From the IMG/VR virus record IMGVR_UViG_3300009873_000002, positions 62,001-126,000 of that record: DNA of 64,000 bases. One strand, written 5' to 3'. The stretch comes from an uncultured virus (IMG/VR IMGVR_UViG_3300009873_000002). Its lineage: Duplodnaviria; Heunggongvirae; Uroviricota; Caudoviricetes. The notes beneath the pieces are model-generated. The model saw only the letters and a program-made list of their open reading frames with translations. It searched no databases and was not told the origin of the DNA. Position numbers and translations under genes: made by a program. Positions 62,725 through 64,000 of this stretch are shown one piece after another (position 1 is the stretch's first letter; each line of letters begins with the position of its first letter).

Positions 62725-62797
62725 TACCCTCGGTAGGACTCGAACCTACAACCTTAAGCTTAGAAGTCTCCTGCTCTTCCAATTGAGCTACGAGGGC
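62725..62797 (-). tRNA. trnR: tRNA-Arg(TCT) with weak anticodon stem
   Basis: GCCCTCG/CGAGGGT acceptor. Loop CTTCTAA. Stem GGAGA/GCTTA has mismatches. Confidence 0.75.
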
Positions 62798-62800
62798 TTG

Positions 62801-62871
62801 TTCCCCCACCGAGAATCGAACTCAGGTCAATAGATTAAAAGTCTACGGCTTTACCACTAAGCTATGAGGGA
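62801..62871 (-). tRNA. trnK: tRNA-Lys(TTT)
   Basis: TCCCTCA/TGGGGGA acceptor. GTAGA-CTTTTAA-TCTAT arm. Confidence 0.88.
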
Positions 62872-62953
62872 ATGAAGAATCATGACGAACGTTTTCGTCT
62901 GCTCTTTATTCTATCCCATATCAATAGTACCATTGCCATTTTCATTTTTGTTG

Positions 62954-63028
62954 TAGGAACAGAGAGATTCGAACTCCCGGCCCTCTCCTTGTAAGGGAGA
63001 TGCTCTGAACCAGCTGAGCTATGTTCCT
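62954..63028 (-). tRNA. trnV: tRNA-Val(TAC)
   Basis: AGGAACA/TGTTCCT acceptor. TCTCC-CTTACAA-GGAGA arm. Confidence 0.92.
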
Positions 63029-63031
63029 ATT

Positions 63032-63109
63032 TGGTCGACACACATGGATTTGAACCACGGACCCCCACATTATCAGTGTGGTACTCTAACCAAGCTGAGC
63101 TATGTGTCG
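63032..63109 (-). tRNA. trnI: tRNA-Ile(GAT), CCA encoded
   Basis: CGACACA/TGTGTCG-A-CCA acceptor. CCACA-CTGATAA-TGTGG arm. Confidence 0.92.
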
Positions 63110-63115
63110 ATTTTG

Positions 63116-63188
63116 CGTACTGGGTTGGGTTCGAACCAACGTACTCTTGATTAACAGTCAAGTGCTGAACCAGCTCAGCTACCAGTAC
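63116..63188 (-). tRNA. trnN: tRNA-Asn(GTT)
   Basis: GTACTGG/CCAGTAC acceptor with G discriminator. CTTGA-CTGTTAA-TCAAG arm. Confidence 0.9.
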
Positions 63189-63513
63189 TTTTTGCATGTT
63201 CCTCTCTATGACAGTTTGCACATAGAAGTTCACATTTGTCAATTTCCTCTTTAACCTTTTCCCAACTCCGTGTGTATCCCTTGTCACTAATACTAAAATC
63301 CTTACCTCCTTTATGATGGAAATCAAGAGCATCCACGCATTTATCATATCCACACCTCTCACATTTACCACCCTTATAAGCTACAGCCATTAGCTTAATC
63401 TTCTTCCTACGCTTAGCTACAGCTTCGACCATGCACTTTTTACATCTCCAACAGTTTTGATCCTTTCTGAGAGAGTGTTCTTGTAAACCATGCTTACGAC
63501 ATTCCTTTTCCAT
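63175..63513 (-). CDS. HNH endonuclease within the tRNA array
   Basis: Likely ATG at 63513 (MEKECRKHG). YKGGKCERCGYDKC..ALDFHH...EEIDKCELLCANCHREEH. Confidence 0.88.
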   Translation of the reverse strand: MEKECRKHGLQEHSLRKDQNCWRCKKCMVEAVAKRRKKIKLMAVAYKGGKCERCGYDKCVDALDFHHKGGKDFSISDKGYTRSWEKVKEEIDKCELLCANCHREEHAKSTGS

Positions 63514-63517
63514 TCTA

Positions 63518-63548
63518 CAAAGGTATAACAATTTCTTGTTATACCAAT
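63518..63548 (-). promoter_or_regulatory. Bacteroidota-type promoter overlapped by a perfect 10-bp hairpin
   Basis: TACCTTTG (TAnnTTTG) at 63525-63518. GGTATAACAA-GAAA-TTGTTATACC at 63545-63522. Confidence 0.6.
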
Positions 63549-63551
63549 CTT

Positions 63552-63656
63552 TGGGGCCGAGTAGGGTTCTTAACCCACATCCATCGTCTTTAAGTCAACG
63601 ACCGTTTTCACCTCCAGTGTCAGCACGCCACACCGGATCTTTTAAACTATCGGCCA
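63552..63656 (-). ncRNA. tRNA-like RNA with expanded D loop
   Basis: GGCCGA/TCGGCC-CCA acceptor. GTTT/AAAC D stem enclosing an extra hairpin. GTCGT/ACGAT anticodon-like stem. GTGGG-TTAAGAA-CCCTAC T-like arm. Confidence 0.55.
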
Positions 63657-63662
63657 ATCCTG

Positions 63663-63736
63663 CGGTCTATATGGGACTCGAACCCATGATCTCCTCCGTG
63701 ACAGGGAGGCGTCCACTCCAACTGGACTGATAGACC
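63663..63736 (-). tRNA. trnD: tRNA-Asp(GTC)
   Basis: GGTCTAT/ATAGACC-G acceptor. CCTCC-CTGTCAC-GGAGG arm. Confidence 0.92.
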
Positions 63737-63748
63737 TTCAATTGCTTC

Positions 63749-63900
63749 GAGAGACACTCTTGCAAAACACAGCTTTTTCAAACATCGTCCTCGGCTTCTA
63801 AGGACTGTGGGCTTTAACCACTCTGTGTTCATCATACCATCTCAGCCAACAGTACTGCTGTCACTGTATCTCTCAGGCGCCCAAGTGATAGTTGGGTACC
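63749..63900 (-). ncRNA. Putative multi-stem structured RNA
   Basis: GAGAGATAC/GTGTCTCTC closing stem, inner AACACAG/CTGTGTT stem, two inner hairpins, and a 5' hairpin GGTACCCAA/TTGGGCGCC. Confidence 0.4.
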
Positions 63901-63904
63901 GGTG

Positions 63905-63978
63905 AGCGAGTGGTGAGACTCGAACTCACAACACCCTGCTTGGAAGGCAGGTACTCTAGCCAATTGAGCTACACTCGC
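63905..63978 (-). tRNA. trnG: tRNA-Gly(TCC)
   Basis: GCGAGTG/CACTCGC-T acceptor. CCTGC-CTTCCAA-GCAGG arm. Confidence 0.92.
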
Positions 63979-64000
63979 TGGTCGAGCGGATTTTAACGAG

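Noticed and set aside
62725..62797. Reading the TTCTAA loop as a CTA amber-suppressor anticodon
   Set aside because: Arm spacing centres TCT in the 7-nt loop, the CTA register pairs worse, and the D-loop A20 fits Arg identity.
63027..63371. 114-aa minus-strand ORF
   Set aside because: It overlaps tRNA-Ile, tRNA-Asn and the HNH gene in another frame and has no protein motif.

Overview
This 64 kb window is the virion (late) gene module of a large crAss-like (Crassvirales-related) phage, probably infecting Bacteroidota. Essentially every real gene is on the minus strand. In transcription order (right to left) it holds: a 14-tRNA array with an embedded HNH gene and several unexplained structured RNAs; tail spike/fibre and lysis genes (holin candidates, amidase endolysin); small DNA-binding proteins and a PD-(D/E)xK nuclease; a tandem pair of anti-defence nucleotide-sponge homologues (Acb2/Tad1-like, Tad2/DUF2829); terminase, portal, acidic scaffold and major capsid protein; a ferritin; cysteine-rich capsid/fibre proteins; tail ring and muzzle proteins; and the ejected cargo proteins. 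The cargo includes a 3467-aa virion RNA polymerase (DFDID motif plus zincin domain) and a second giant protein that runs off the left edge. The most notable unexplained patterns are: (1) a recurring 17-bp palindromic operator coupled to a TTG-N20-TATATT promoter; (2) orphan C-terminal FN3 'A-strand' tags that may complete an A-strand-less FN3 domain in another fibre protein; (3) repeated xxxGG motifs separating small modules in cargo proteins; (4) a tRNA-shaped RNA with an extra D-loop hairpin. All family assignments come from motif recognition and gene order; no database search was run.
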